From: Saccostrea cucullata
Lineage: Eukaryota
DNA: 64,000 bases
Reading direction: 5' to 3'
NCBI RefSeq assembly: GCF_032062105.1
Contig: NW_026918238.1
Span: forward strand, 62,001 to 126,000
Positions 27,321 to 39,770 of this stretch are shown here, one piece after another. The notes below the pieces were generated by a model. That model did not search any database. It was not told the DNA's origin and saw only the letters and a program-made list of their open reading frames with translations. How positions within the stretch are numbered: position 1 is the stretch's first letter; the number at the start of each line of letters is the position of its first letter. Both the position numbers and the translations under genes were made by a program.

Positions 27321-27949
27321 CTTAAGGCAGGATTCTGCCCTGGCTTCTGACGAGATGAAATATCTAAAGTACATTTGCTTATATGTATTATATAATAAGG
27401 CGTAAGAGATTTAGAAGACCACTTTTTTCTTTTCTCATCACAACTGTATAGCTTCAAATAGAAATGGAAAACCGCGTTTGAAAACTAGCAGGGACTGTGT
27501 TTAGGCGGAGTGGTGGCGTATGAAAATATCTTTTTTTCTGCTTCTCAAATTTTTTATAGAACAATTAATTGTTTTTTTTTTACACAATGAAAAACTTGAT
27601 GAAATTTTCAAGTATAAGTTTAACTAATAATGGGTGCCAAAAGATCCAAAAAATATTAAATAAATATGATTTTTTTTAACAAACTAGAACTTTATTAGCT
27701 TTTATAGGCTTCCAATCTGAGTAGAGATTTGAGCCAAAAATCCGTTAAAAGCATTTTTTCTCTCTTAGTAATGATCAAATCTTTTTGTTTTTGTTACAGC
27801 ATCATTTCGTATCTTTTTGTGACAACTTTACCATATGTGAAAATGAAAAAAAAAATGAATATAGGAAACATATATGAAAATAACTAATATATTCACCACT
27901 TGTACAAGGCTTGCGCGTCATAAGGTCAATCTGAGGTCAGGGGTAAAAC

Positions 27950-28665
27950 TAATCTCAGCGAGATGGGTAGAGACTGAAAATTTGGACTGACGTCTACTAC
28001 CCATCTCAGACTAGTCCCATACAACGTGATTCGGGCTTTTTTGCTCCGACTTCGGCAGCTCGTTTCAATAAATACAGGCTGAAATAAATTATCTGCCCGC
28101 CTCAACTTTTTCCTTTGAACATCCCTTAAAGTGTCTATCACTATAAAACTTTCCTTTCTTACCTTTATAATGTTTAAATCCAGTAAAATATAAAGTCGTT
28201 TATTTTTCCTGACAGCATAATGGCTGTTTGCTATTCATTTAAACCTTCGCTGCTGAAGAGTTCCACAATAATCTGTTTCCAATAATTCGTACTACTACTA
28301 TTTCTTATAAGAATGATCTATAGTATGAATTATTGGAAACAGATTATTGTGGAACTCTTCAGCAGCGAAGGTTTAAATGAATAGCAAACAGCCATTATGC
28401 TGTCAGGAAAAATAAACAACTTTATATTTTACTGGATTTAAACATTTTAAAGGTAAGAAAGGAAAGTTTTATAGTGATAGACACTTTAAGGGATGTTCAA
28501 AGGAAAAAGTTGAGGCGGGCAGATAATTTATTTCAGCCTGTATTTATTGAAACGAGCTGCCGAAGTCGGAGCAAAAAAGCCCGAATCACGTTGTATGGGA
28601 CTAGTCTGAGATGGGTAGTAGACGTCAGTCCAAATTTTCAGTCTCTACCCATCTCGCTGAGATTA
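27950..28665. mobile_element. Foldback element: two ~345-bp near-perfect inverted arms, 9-bp TSD
   Basis: Arms 27950-28294 and 28321-28665 (about 3 mismatches seen); TSD GGGTAAAAC at 27941-27949 and 28666-28674. Confidence 0.9.
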
Positions 28666-29357
28666 GGGTAAAACAACCAGCGCTGCAGTGTAAACAATGC
28701 TAGACCGAGAGTATGTGAATCCCTGGTATTAGACTCAATTAGATAATTTAGGCATAATTATTTAATTTAGATAGATTGATGATTTCACTAATTACTTATT
28801 TGAAGAAGAAAATAATAAATAATCAGGGTTTGAAGACAGGAAACCTCGAAGTATATCCCGTTTCGAATTTGCTCGGTGTTCTATTTTCTACGTGCAAGAG
28901 GTTTATTATGTCAGCTCAGGTTGTATTTTCTTGCAAGGAGATTGATGATATATTCAATACAAGTTCAACAGTTGCATGTATTAAAATTTTCAATGTTTAC
29001 AAAGATTTAAGATGCTACGGAGTACTCCAAAGCTGTGCTCAACCAGGTTTTTTTTTCTGAAAACAGCTGTCATTTGAACTATGTTGAAATATCGACAGGA
29101 CTGAATGCAATATTAGCACGCAATATAATGGTATCAGCGTTTTGTCAGTTCTTTAATTTAACTGTTTTGACATCACACTGCTGCTGTTAGTTTGCTCAAA
29201 GCACTGAATGTAATCAATGATTTGAACTGAATCAGCAGAGGAAAGTACAGTATGCTTACATTTGTCTATAACTGTGCTGTGAAAAAATTATCAACATGTA
29301 CAGTTGGTACTTTTACTGAGGGTAATTACCTATGCTTTGATTGTACATGTATATATA

Positions 29358-29538
29358 CAGTGAAACCTATCTAATCCGACAATCACATGCACTGGGAGAT
29401 GAATTTTGTGTCGGAATAGAAAGGATGTCAGATTGAAAGAGTAAAATAACATTAAAATTAGTAAAATGGGAAGAAATGTTAGGTTGGAATTTACATTGTG
29501 ATTGATTTCACAGGTGTCGGATTAGACAGTTTTCAGTG
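29358..29538. mobile_element. Tc1/mariner-type MITE (TA TSD)
   Basis: TA|CAGTGAAACCTATCTAATCCGACA ... TGTCGGATTAGACAGTTTTCAGTG|TA. Confidence 0.75.
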
Positions 29539-29611
29539 TATATACATTTATATAAGTTTTGACCACTTCTAAAATATTTACAGTAGGCCCCTATGCAGTA
29601 TGTTATTATCA

Positions 29612-29864
29612 ATTTGACTTAAGTGTGTACAGTTTAACATTTTGTCACATTCTATGATAACAGCTGCACTCAAGCTAAAGGGCAGACGCCTCCTAGCCGG
29701 AAGCTTTACGACTGGAACCCTAATCTCTTGCAGCAGCCTATTTCCTTGTCAATGTTGATAATATGAGTTGACCAGTCACACAGCAGGGCGTGAATTAGTT
29801 ACGCTGGGTGCATCTGTCGAGAAAGATTGTGACATAATGCAAAACTGCACGCTTAACTGAAATT
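29612..29864. mobile_element. Second copy of the 24849-25119 element
   Basis: Collinear similarity and the CTTAACTGAAATT end. Confidence 0.65.
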
Positions 29865-30196
29865 AATAATAAACGTGGGATATGTTTATGATCAACAGAG
29901 GGAGATGAGGATTCCAACTTTCTGTGCGAGTAATTGTGGATGTAACAATGAATCAGATGTAGAAAGTTTTATAGTGAAACTTTTATACCTCACATTGTTT
30001 TAGAGCTATTGTAAAAATAAATTTTTGGACATGTAACGATGTTGACCTTTGACAAAAGATTAAGGTCAGACATCCACTAAAGGTCTCAGAAAATCAATTG
30101 TTTAGGGGTCCAAGCTGTTATTTTTCTCCTGAAGTTTTGAAATATGAAAATCTCCCCAAAACTTATTTTAAAATTTAATATAAAAGGTGTTTAATA

Positions 30197-30380
30197 AATT
30201 GGATTGAATGGATTCACTACAGAAAATATAAAAAAGTTATGGACTTTATCATGTCCGTTGATGTATTGTAGAACCATATTACAAAAGGTGTAATGGTCCT
30301 TTAATACATTAAAGAACATGAATATGATAAAATCCATAATATTTTCAAATCCTATTGTGAATCATTCATTCAATCCAATT
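30197..30380. mobile_element. Short inverted-repeat MITE
   Basis: AATTGGATTGAATG...TTATGGACTTTATCAT versus ATGATAAAATCCATAA...CATTCAATCCAATT. Confidence 0.65.
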
Positions 30381-31019
30381 TTAAACAAAAAATATCACAT
30401 GGAAAGAATCAGTCATAGATTTAAAGAAAGTTTCAAATGATAAAAATGTAATTCATTCATTTTCATAAATTTAAATATTTAATTTAAATACACATGTATT
30501 AATTAAATCAATATACATGTACTGTTGAGGTCAAAGGTCTCTGTGAAATTGTCACATTTCAAATGAAAAAAAAAACTACTGGTAGACAACCTTCAACATA
30601 ATAATTATACCTTCAATATTCATGTGATGTAATACTTGTAGTCATTTTTATAAAACAGAAACAGGTATTAGTATTTTTCACATAATTAGCACTTGATGAT
30701 GTGTAAGTCATTGTGTATTTTGCATAACTTTTCAACTCCCAATTTTTTTTGTTCAAGACAATATAACTTTTGGTCATTTTTGTTATTTATAATAAAAGAT
30801 AACAATATTTTACTCATCTCATCTGGAAATACATATACAATAAAACATGCTTATAACAAAGAACTACAAATGCCAGGGACAGATAATTTTGCTTTGTTTT
30901 AACCATATTTTTTTTTTATATATCTGTTAGTTAAATTGCTTTTATATTTTTAAGACAGAGAATGAAAATCACTTCACTATAAGCTTCAATTCATTATTCT
31001 TGTTGCAGACTGAATTGAC

Positions 31020-33117
31020 TAGTATTAATGCCAGGCTTTTTCTTCACACCTTAGCCATCCAGATTAAATGTTTGGACTTATGTTGTTCTTTCATCATGGA
31101 AATACTGCATGGAAGAAGCTTTTTGTTGTAGATATGTAAAAAATGCATTGAAAACCTCAAGATCCAAGCCCGTGCAAAAATTGAACAACTGATTATTTTT
31201 CGGTACCATTTCATGGTATATTTTAGAATCTCTTTGAACAGCACAGAAATTTGGGTCTTTGAAGTGAAATCAGCAAAAATATGGACCCTCCTCTCCAATC
31301 TCCTATGTTGAGTTGTCGTTCGTTCCTCTCTCAGACACTCTCCTTTGGAATGTATGAGCTGATGGAAGATAGTGCCTCTTTTCATCAGAAAGTATTTTCA
31401 AATAATCATGGCCATTGTGCTCTGGTGCCTGTCAAATTAATTAAGAAAGTAATCAGTAATTAATCATGCACGCAATCCACAGAATATTTAAAATATTTGC
31501 TAAAAAATAGTTTATAAGTAAACAAACTTTTACAGATATATACAATTGCAATTGGTGTATATATATATTTTTAAATTTAGTCTGTAATTTCAAACATAAA
31601 TTTGAATTATATTTATGTATTGCCTTAACAGTTGCAGATGACTCTTGGTCAAATTCATGCTGTCCATCAGTAGCTGTTGGATGTTTATCAGCCTTTGATG
31701 CAGTTTCTACTAAAATAAAAAAAAGTTAAACATTTAACTCATTCCCTGCAGTCTGTGAAGTATATCTTTTAATAATCACTTTATTTAATAACTATTTTAA
31801 CTGGTATCTGAAAAGGTGTTAAATCAGTCTAATTGCCAAATAAACATATTAGTTTACCTGTTCTTTCTGAAAAACAAGATGGGGTTGCTGTTACTGGCTT
31901 ATAAGATCTTGCATATTTATTAGGAGGCCTTCTACTAAGTGTTCCCTATATGAATAAAAACAAAATATCATACAATCTACTTAGATATATATATTAACCT
32001 TTTAAGAAAATATTATACATTTAAAAGAACACACATGCTACAGTCGCCTGTGTGTTACAGCGTCTGCTCTAGAGTTGAAAAGTAAGGAGTCAATCCTTAC
32101 GTCGCGGGTTCGAATACCACTGTGGGACGTGGAGACCGGTCCTTCGGATGAGACCGTATAAACCGAGGCCCCGTGTCACAGTAGGTGCTGGCACGAAAAA
32201 GATCCCTCACTGCTCAAAGGCCTTGAGTGCTGAGTATAGGACAAAATTTGTAGCCCTCCACCGGGTGGTGACGTCTCCATATGAGTGAAAAATCTCGAGA
32301 GGGACCTTAAACAATATACAATCAATCACATGCTACAGGTTCAGTAACACTGATCATTGATTTATTCAATTTAAGATTTTAACTGCAAAATCGGGCACCA
32401 CCTTTAAGCATAGTGTCTGTCATATCCCCCCCCCCAATAAATTGATTTTCATTTTAGCATACATTGTGCAGTCAGGGAGGTCTCATATAATTTACATCTA
32501 TTAGTCAACATTTTTAAAATCTAATTCTACAATTTTATATCAAAATTAAATAGGGATAAGGAATCACTGTCTATTTAGTATATTGTATCATAGGTACATG
32601 TATGCCAGGCCAGTGACATCAACACTAGTGGGAAACGTGGGATAATTTATGCATAACGGGTCTACTAGTATCGTTGATGCTATAGAATACTATACAGACT
32701 AGACAGCGATTCCTTAAATGTAGTACATGAAACAGTTGTAAACATGTATAAAACACATATGTATTTAAAATCCAGTCGATTTTTTTTACGTATTGCATTC
32801 TTACCTTGTGGGAAAATATTGTAGGGACTTTGTTCTTGTTCCTGTTTTCTAGCTGCATTTGGGATCTCGGCCAGGGTATTGCTCAGCTAGGTCTCATATG
32901 CATCTTACATGTAACGTACGTTAGCTTTTGAACAGATGTTTTCGTGGGCAAAAATGACTTTTGTGTAACGTACGGTTGTCACCATCGTTGAGTCCATGGA
33001 ATATTATGCACATTTTTACATTTCCGGAGGATCCAGAGTTTTTTCAGAACATGAATTAGTGTTTCAAAGTGGCAAAAGAACTAAACGGATACCGAGTCTC
33101 TAATGACGCTTCGCCAT
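31020..33117 (-). pseudogene. THAP-domain transposase relic (ISL2EU/DDE_Tnp_4 type), four exons, catalytic part missing
   Basis: Minus-strand exons 33117-32805 (ATGGCG start; ends NKNKVPTIFSHK|GTAAG, the THAP AVPTIF motif), 31945-31858 (GTLSRRPP...), 31709-31624 (GC donor) and 31428-~31020 (HNGHDY; NNQLFNFCTGLDLEVFNAFFTYL...KKKPG). Splice phases match; stops and frameshifts present. Confidence 0.7.
32044..32326 (+). mobile_element. tRNA-headed SINE with Nin/Deu-type body
   Basis: 12-bp TSD CACATGCTACAG (32032-32043 and 32327-32338); B-box-like GGTTCGAATACC at 32107; body and CAAT tail shared with 4487-4759 and 63130-63386. Confidence 0.85.
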
Positions 33118-34545
33118 GTTTTACCCCTGACCTCGCTTGACCCCAACATCCGCCGCAATGCATTATCGGAATGTACAAGTCGAGAATCTTAAAAAATTAA
33201 GAAAGTAGAGAAAAATCGGATTTGCCAACATCCATTTTAGTAACATAATTTATGTCAATTTGGTGATATCATCTTATATGTTCTTTATGGTATTTTTTTA
33301 TGCAAAAAAAAAAATTCAATCTTTTGAAACACAAGCATGGATTGCATAATTGGCAGCAATATTTTTTTTGATATTAATGTCCAAGAAAATGGTGACCTTA
33401 GCCTGACCTTACCTCTAATATAAAACGGTCAAATTTAATCTTACTGATACATTTACCATAACTTAGTGATATTGTCTTCTTGAATTCGGCGAAAATTTCG
33501 TTAATTTTTAAATACAAGAAATAAGAGAAGAATCCTACCTTAAGGAAGCTCTTAAGACTTGGACTTAGAGAAAATATCATATATATGTGCATATGGAGAC
33601 TTCATTCATTTTTAGCATAGGGTACATGCATGCACCTGCCTCATTTCCATAGGAAAAAATGTTCCAAGACAATGCACTACTGAGTATATGTGAGGATAAA
33701 TCACTGCTGTTTACTTCGAGTATAAATAAGAATTTATTGTTATTTATCTTGCCTCTACGGGCAGATCACTCTAACTGCATAAAACTACCCTATAAACAGA
33801 GCTCTTTAGTATGAAGTGTTTAGAGTTTCCTTAAAACACCAATACAGGGGGAAAACATTGAAAGAAATAATAGTTATGCACTCTCACTATATTAACAATA
33901 GAGCAAACCCCTTTAGCAGAACATATCACAAATTTCACAATTTTCAAATAAACATTCTTGATTATTTGGATACATTTGCCTTATTTACAAAAGAGGCATG
34001 ATTTTGATTTCTTTATGCACTTTCACTGTAAGATCATTAAAGCCCCTCCCTAACCTCGGAACCCCTGACCCTAAGGTCATTAATTTTACAATTTTGTAGA
34101 GGGTCAATGCTTATTACAATCAAGCCAATAGTTTGACTATTTGATGTCCATGGATAAAAAAGATTTTTTTAGGATACCACTAAAATTAATCGTATAAATC
34201 TTGGGACCGAGAACTGCATGGATCATTTTATTCCAAACACGAGTTCTCCTAGCTAGGTCATAGATTTCCTATATTTGAAATTGATCCAGCAGTTCCTGTC
34301 GAGATCTGTGGAGAAGAAGCAAATGATAACTACGACATGTCATCCGCTGTAAGTAAAGTACCTAAGCCTCACGGCAAATATATATAGAGGAGCTAAGTTC
34401 ACCCGACCCGATACATATCTCGCTAAATTAAATGAAATCCTTCCCAACAAAAAAAAAATAATAAACAATACATTGGGTACAATACAAATGAAAAATTATC
34501 GAAAATAAATAAGATATTTTACTATACAAATGAAAAATTATACTA

Positions 34546-35120
34546 TTCTTGAAAAGATTTTTAAAGAATTTTCCTATATATTTCAATGTAAAACTTTGGT
34601 CGGCCATTGTGGCCCCGCCCTACCCCCGGGGGTCATGATTTGAACAAACTTGACTCTACACTACCTAAGGTTGCTTCCATATAAATATGATGAATAACGG
34701 CTTTGTCATTCAATTCTTGAGAACAAAATTTTTAAAGAATTTTCCTAAATTATTTCTATGTAAAACTTTGGTCAGCCATTGTGGCCCCGCCCCACCCCTG
34801 GGGGTCATGATTTGAACAAACTTTAATCTACACTACCTGAGGATGCTTCCATATTAATATGATCAATTATGGCTTTGTCATTCTTGAGAAGAAGATTTTT
34901 AAAGAATTTTCCTGTATATTTCTATGTAAAACTTTGGTCGGCCATTTTGGCCCCGCCCTACCCCCGGGGTCATGATTTGAACAAATGTGAATCTACACTA
35001 CCTGAGGATGTTTCCCCATAAGTTTCATCTTTCCTGACACAGTGGATCTTGAGAAAAAGATTTTTAAAACATGCCACCAAATTCATTAATTCCCAATTAT
35101 CTCCCCTTGAATGAGGGCAT

Positions 35121-35152
<32 letters not shown>

Positions 35153-35190
35153 TATCCACGGATGCTTTGTGGCAAGTTTGGTTGAAATTA

Positions 35191-35222
<32 letters not shown>

Positions 35223-35302
35223 TGAAAAGTTTACAGACAGACGGACGCCGGACAAAATGTCATCAGAAAAGCTCACTTGAGACTTCGTCTCAGGTGAGCT
35301 AA
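34546..35302 (-). mobile_element. 3'-truncated Helentron (HINE) with Cg170-like repeats
   Basis: Ends GCTCACTTGAGACTTCGTCTCAGGTGAGCTAA; (GACA/GACG) microsatellite; ~3 satellite units; flanked on both sides by AATACAAATGAAAAATTAT repeats. Confidence 0.85.
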
Positions 35303-36090
35303 AAACATACAATAAAAAGGATTTTTTAACCATACAAATGGAACATTATCTAAATAAAAATACAATTGGAAAATTATACAATTCAAATAAAAATTATACA
35401 ATACAAATGAAAAAAATATACAATACAAATACAAAATGATACAGTACAAATAAAAATTATACAATACAAATAGAAAAGATCGAATATTGCAATGTTTAGC
35501 ATGCCATAGATAACAGACAACGCAACATGTGGGATGGAAACAGATACGGCAATATAAAGTCACTTTATTTAGTTACTGATAAATAGTTTCTGATAAAGTG
35601 TTTGTGTAGTTGCCAGTGTACCCTGTATCAACATACTGATTTTCATTTCGTTTCTTTGGTAAGTGAGGGATAAGGCCTCAGTGTCGGAAAAATTGACTTG
35701 TAATAAAGACTTAAAAATAAGTCTTATACATTTTGTAATAATCACTTAAAAAGAAATACTGGCTGAACTTTTCCAATCATCAGTTTACATTGTAACGCAC
35801 GTTAGTATGTTTGAGATATTTGTACCAAAGATCTTAGCAAGTAGGTTCTGTGATATTAATTCCATGAATGAAAAAGTAATGACATTTACCAAAATGTCTA
35901 GCAGATGATGTAGTAGCTGTATATTATTGGCAAGATTCGTAGCAAAAAAGATTCGTCTTCCTTTGCTAGCTAAGTTATACATACATGGTACTTGCAAGTC
36001 CTGTTTTTGCCAACGTTAACTACTTTGTTGAAATTTTCTTGAAGCTTACAATTTTCTAAATGCAGAAGCGGATGTCAAAATCTAAAAGTG

Positions 36091-36814
36091 TATTAAGGTT
36101 TCGCCAAAGGTCAACGTGTCTAAAAAATTATTTTTACAATAGCTCCAGAACTATGTGTGGTATAAAGTCAAAATGTTTACATTTTGTAAATATATCATTG
36201 GTTAAAAGATAGAAAGTATCACTTGATAACAAATATTTTAAAAAGATATTTTTTGAGAAAAATATATCAGAAAATGTACATATTTAAAGAGATTTGCACC
36301 TGCTTAATTCTGTCCTTTTTGTGAAAACCATCATTGCAGAAATAATATATGTTTATCATTGAAGGACAAGTTGGACGTGAATGGTCTCTGAAAGGCTGTT
36401 ATTGAAAGCATGACATGTATAAAGACAAGACCCTGTAGAACCCGCCATTTGCAATGTACTTTCGCTTTCAAGTCTTAACATTTGGACAAAATAAACAGGA
36501 CAAACAACTTTCCAGAGGCTATCCAAGTCCAACGTGCCCTTCATTGTTAAACATATTTTGTTTCTGCAGTGATGGTTTTCACTAAAAGCACGGAATAAAT
36601 TAGGTGCATTTTCTGAAAAAATATGCGTATTTAAAAAGATTTTTTCTCAATTTAAACATTTTTTCCTAGTATTTTTTATCAAGTGATACTTTCTATCTGT
36701 TAATCTATGAAAAAATTATAAAATGTAAAAGTTTTAACTTTATGCCTCACATAGTTTTGGAGTTATTGTAAAAATAATTTTTTGGACTTGTTGACCTTTG
36801 ATGAAACCTTAATA
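36091..36814. mobile_element. Older foldback element with ~265-bp imperfect inverted arms
   Basis: TATTAAGGTTTC..AAAGGTCAAC..ATTTTTACAATAGCTCC..GATAGAAAGTATCACTTGATAA mirrored by TTATCAAGTGATACTTTCTATC..GGAGTTATTGTAAAAAT..GTTGACCTTT..GAAACCTTAATA. An arm fragment also lies at ~29975-30065. Confidence 0.75.
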
Positions 36815-36839
36815 ATTAAAAAATATTTAGAATCAATTG

Positions 36840-37337
36840 TTATGCCCCGTAACCGAAAATTTGGAGGTATATAGTTTTTGCTCTGTCCGTCCGTCTGTTT
36901 GTTTGTCCGCAATAACTTCAATCTTTCCCAGAACTTTTCATTGGGTGGAACTATGGCTTTTATATTTCACAAATGTACTCCTTATGACAAGACTTTGACC
37001 AAAAGTTATGGCCAAGGTTAAAGTGTTTTACAAAGTGGGTCAAACTAGAAGGTCAAGGTAAAAAAAATATTTATATCAATTTAAAGCTAGTATCACAATG
37101 AATACAAATGTGAAGTATGAAACTTCTAACCGTTCAAAAGTTATGATCAAGGTTAAAGTTTGGTATTTTTGCAAAAAGTGGGTCAAACTCCAAGGTCAAG
37201 AGTTCAAATTTGGTGGTACCAGAAGAAAGGTCTTGTCACAAATGATACACCTGTGAAATATGAAAGCCATAGCATCACCCACTACAAAGTCAGAAATAAA
37301 GATTTTGCAAACAAACAGACAGATGGACGGGTAGGGC
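36840..37337. mobile_element. Fragments of the second Helentron-like family (+ 36840-36995; - 36997-37337, resuming at 38634)
   Basis: TTATGCCCC...CTGTCCGTCCGTCTG start; AAGGTCAAG/GGTCTTGTCACA/CAGACAGA body matching 51397-51889. Confidence 0.6.
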
Positions 37338-37343
37338 AACAAG

Positions 37344-37374
<31 letters not shown>

Positions 37375-38590
37375 GCTTTGACCATTCTGTTCTTTACCAG
37401 ATTTCCCCCTTTTAATACATATTGCAACCTCACCCTACCCCACTGATCATAATTTAGACATTTTGAAATCTACACTACCCCAGGATGCTTCCATGTGCAG
37501 ATAAGTTTCAGCTTTTCTGGCCAAGTGGTTCTTGAGAAGAAGATTTTCAAAGATTTTTCCTATATAATTCTATGTAAAACTTTGATTCCCCATTGTGGCC
37601 CCGTCCTACCCCCGGGGGTCATGATTTGAACAATTTAGAATCGACACTACCCAAGGATGCTTCCATATAAGTTTCAGCTTTTCTGACCCAGTGGCTCTTG
37701 AGAAGAAGATTTTCAAAGATTTTTCCTATATATTTCTATGTAAAACTTTGATTCCCCATTGTGGCCCCGCCCTACCCCCGGGGTCATGATTTGAACAGTC
37801 TAGAATCTACACTATCCTAGGTTGCTTCCACCTAAGTTTCAACTTTTCTGGCTCAGTGGTTCTTGAGAAGAAGATTTTCAAAGCTTTTTCCTATATATTT
37901 CTATGTAAAACTTTGATTCCCCATTGTGGCCCCGCCCTACCCCTAGAGGTCATGATTTGAACAATTTAGAATCTACACTACCCCAGGATGCTTCCACGTA
38001 AGTTTCAGCTTTTCTTGCCCAGTGGTTCTTGAGAAGATTTTCAAAGATTTTTCCTATATAATTCTATGTAAAACTTTGATTCCCCATTTTTGCCCCGCCC
38101 TACCCCCGGGGGTCATGATTTGAACAATTTAGAATCGACACTACCCCAGGATGCTTCCACATAAGTTTCAGCTTTTCTGGCTCAGTGGTTCTTGAGAAGA
38201 AGATTTTCAAAGATTTTTCCTATATATTTCCATATAAAACTTTGATTCCCCATTGTGGCCCCGCCCTACCCCCGGGGGTCATGATTTGAACAATTTAGAA
38301 TTTACACTACCCCAGTATGCTTCCACATAAGTTTCAGCTTTTCTGGCTCAGTGGTTCTTGAGAAGAAGATTTTTTAATGACCCCACCCTATTTTTGTCTT
38401 TTCTTGATTATCTCCACTTGTGAGGAAACTTGGCCCTTCAATTTAACAATTTAAATTTCCCTTTACCCAAGGATGCTTTATACCAAGTTTGGTCAAAATT
38501 GGCCTAGTGGTTCTTGAGAAGAAGTCGAAAATGTAAAAAGTTTACAGACGGACAGACAGCTAGACGGACGGACGGACGACGGACAAAATG

Positions 38591-38633
<43 letters not shown>
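37338..38633 (-). mobile_element. Full-length Helentron (HINE) with ~5.5 homogeneous ~167-bp units
   Basis: AACAAGATGCCCATGGGCCACATCGCTCACCTGAG ... GCTCACTTGAGCCTTCGGCTCAGGTGAGCTAA. Confidence 0.9.
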
Positions 38634-38637
<4 letters not shown>

Positions 38638-38689
38638 ACTATCATAACCACGAATCTTCGAAGAGAAGTTTTGAATAGTTTTGAATATT

Positions 38690-38866
38690 TTTTGTGCCCG
38701 AATCGATAGATCCCGGCGTATATTGTTTTTGCCTTGCCTGCTAAATTTCTGTTTGTCTTTCTGTCAACTTTAACCTTCGCCACAACTTCTGAACCATAAG
38801 AGATAGAGGCTTCATATTTAATATGCATACTCCACTTATTAAACTTTTATTAAACACATCTTGTTT
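38690..38866 (+). mobile_element. Internally deleted Helentron-like element (second family)
   Basis: TTTGTGCCCG..GATCCCGGCGTATATTGTTTTTG 5' end and AAACACATCTTGTT 3' end. Confidence 0.55.
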
Positions 38867-39169
38867 ATAAAATGTTCAAAACAAGATTTTTATTTGTGTC
38901 TATCTGGTATTATTAATTTTAACCTCTGAAGCTAACTGAGCCCTAGAGTATACCACAGCCTATTTTACTACCCTATGATATCCGGTGAATCATCAAGTGG
39001 TTTGAGGACTTATTACGTATACATACTACAGTACTTATTTAGAATCGTGTTTAAAGTTGATTTGTTTATCCTTACCATGAAAAACATATCGTTTGTATGT
39101 ATATTATATTCCAATGTAGAAAAACATTTGCACGAATAAGCGATATAGTTCACGAGAATGTTCGTTTAA

Positions 39170-39770
39170 AAAATTGGGTTTAATTAACATGTGTGATTTT
39201 TGTCTAACTATGATTTTAAAAATGAGTAATTTTTGAAAATGAATTTTTGTGATATTTCGTTGCCATGGTAACAGGATATTTTTTAAAAACCCATGGGTAT
39301 AACTAAATTTTATTAAAATTAAGGATGTGCTCTTTCTATCCCAAGTTATCAGATTTTCTTTACATGTGTGATTTTTGTCTTACTATGCCTCTAAAAGTGA
39401 TTATTTTGTGAAAAATTGTGATATTTCGTTGCCATGGTAACAGAATATTTTTGAAAAAAAATTGGGTTTAATTGAATCTTATTAAAATTGAGAATGTGTT
39501 CTTTTTATCCCATGTTATCAGGTTTCCTTAACATGTGTAATTTTCTTTTTTTACACTTTACTTCTAAAAATGGATATTTTTGTGAAAAAATGAATTTTTC
39601 TGATATTTCGTTGTCATGGTTGTTACAGAATATTTTTAAAAACCCATGGGTTTTATTTCATTTTATTAAAATAAAGAATGTGCTCTTTCTGTTCCATGTT
39701 ATCAGATTTCTTTATCATGCGGGCCTTTTTCTTAATATGCTTCTAAAATATGTTAGATTTTAAGAAATAT
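39170..39770. repeat. Tandem ~170-180-bp repeat (~3.3 units) carrying GTTGCCATGGTAAC
   Basis: TGATATTTCGTTG(C/T)CATGGT recurs at ~39250, 39419 and 39601; probably internal to an unclassified DNA transposon. Confidence 0.75.

Larger units (their letters stand above)
27893..33186 (-). mobile_element. Decayed ISL2EU (PIF/Harbinger-related)-type DNA transposon
   Basis: Ends AT|TCACCACTTGTACA ... TGTACAAGTCGAGA|AT, with the AT duplicated relative to the empty site near 40719-40721. Subterminal inverted GAGGTCAGGGGTAAAAC / GTTTTACCCCTGACCTC. Contains a THAP-transposase relic. Confidence 0.7.
27326..33539. mobile_element. Kolobok-like MITE split by a 5.3-kb insertion
   Basis: TTAA|GGCAGGATTCT ... 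AGAATCCTACC|TTAA. Segments 27326-27892 and 33187-33539 are collinear with the intact copy at 40160-41073. Confidence 0.85.

Noticed and set aside
27926-28671. Two identical ORFs (71 aa on -, 65 aa on +) suggesting a duplicated gene
   Set aside because: They are mirror images produced by the foldback palindrome; GTG start and no recognisable domain.
31044-31385. 113-aa ORF as an independent gene
   Set aside because: Mostly an alternative frame over the frameshifted transposase relic; the recognisable motifs lie in other frames.
32044-32130. tRNA gene
   Set aside because: Only a B-box-like motif with no convincing cloverleaf; it is the head of a TSD-flanked SINE.
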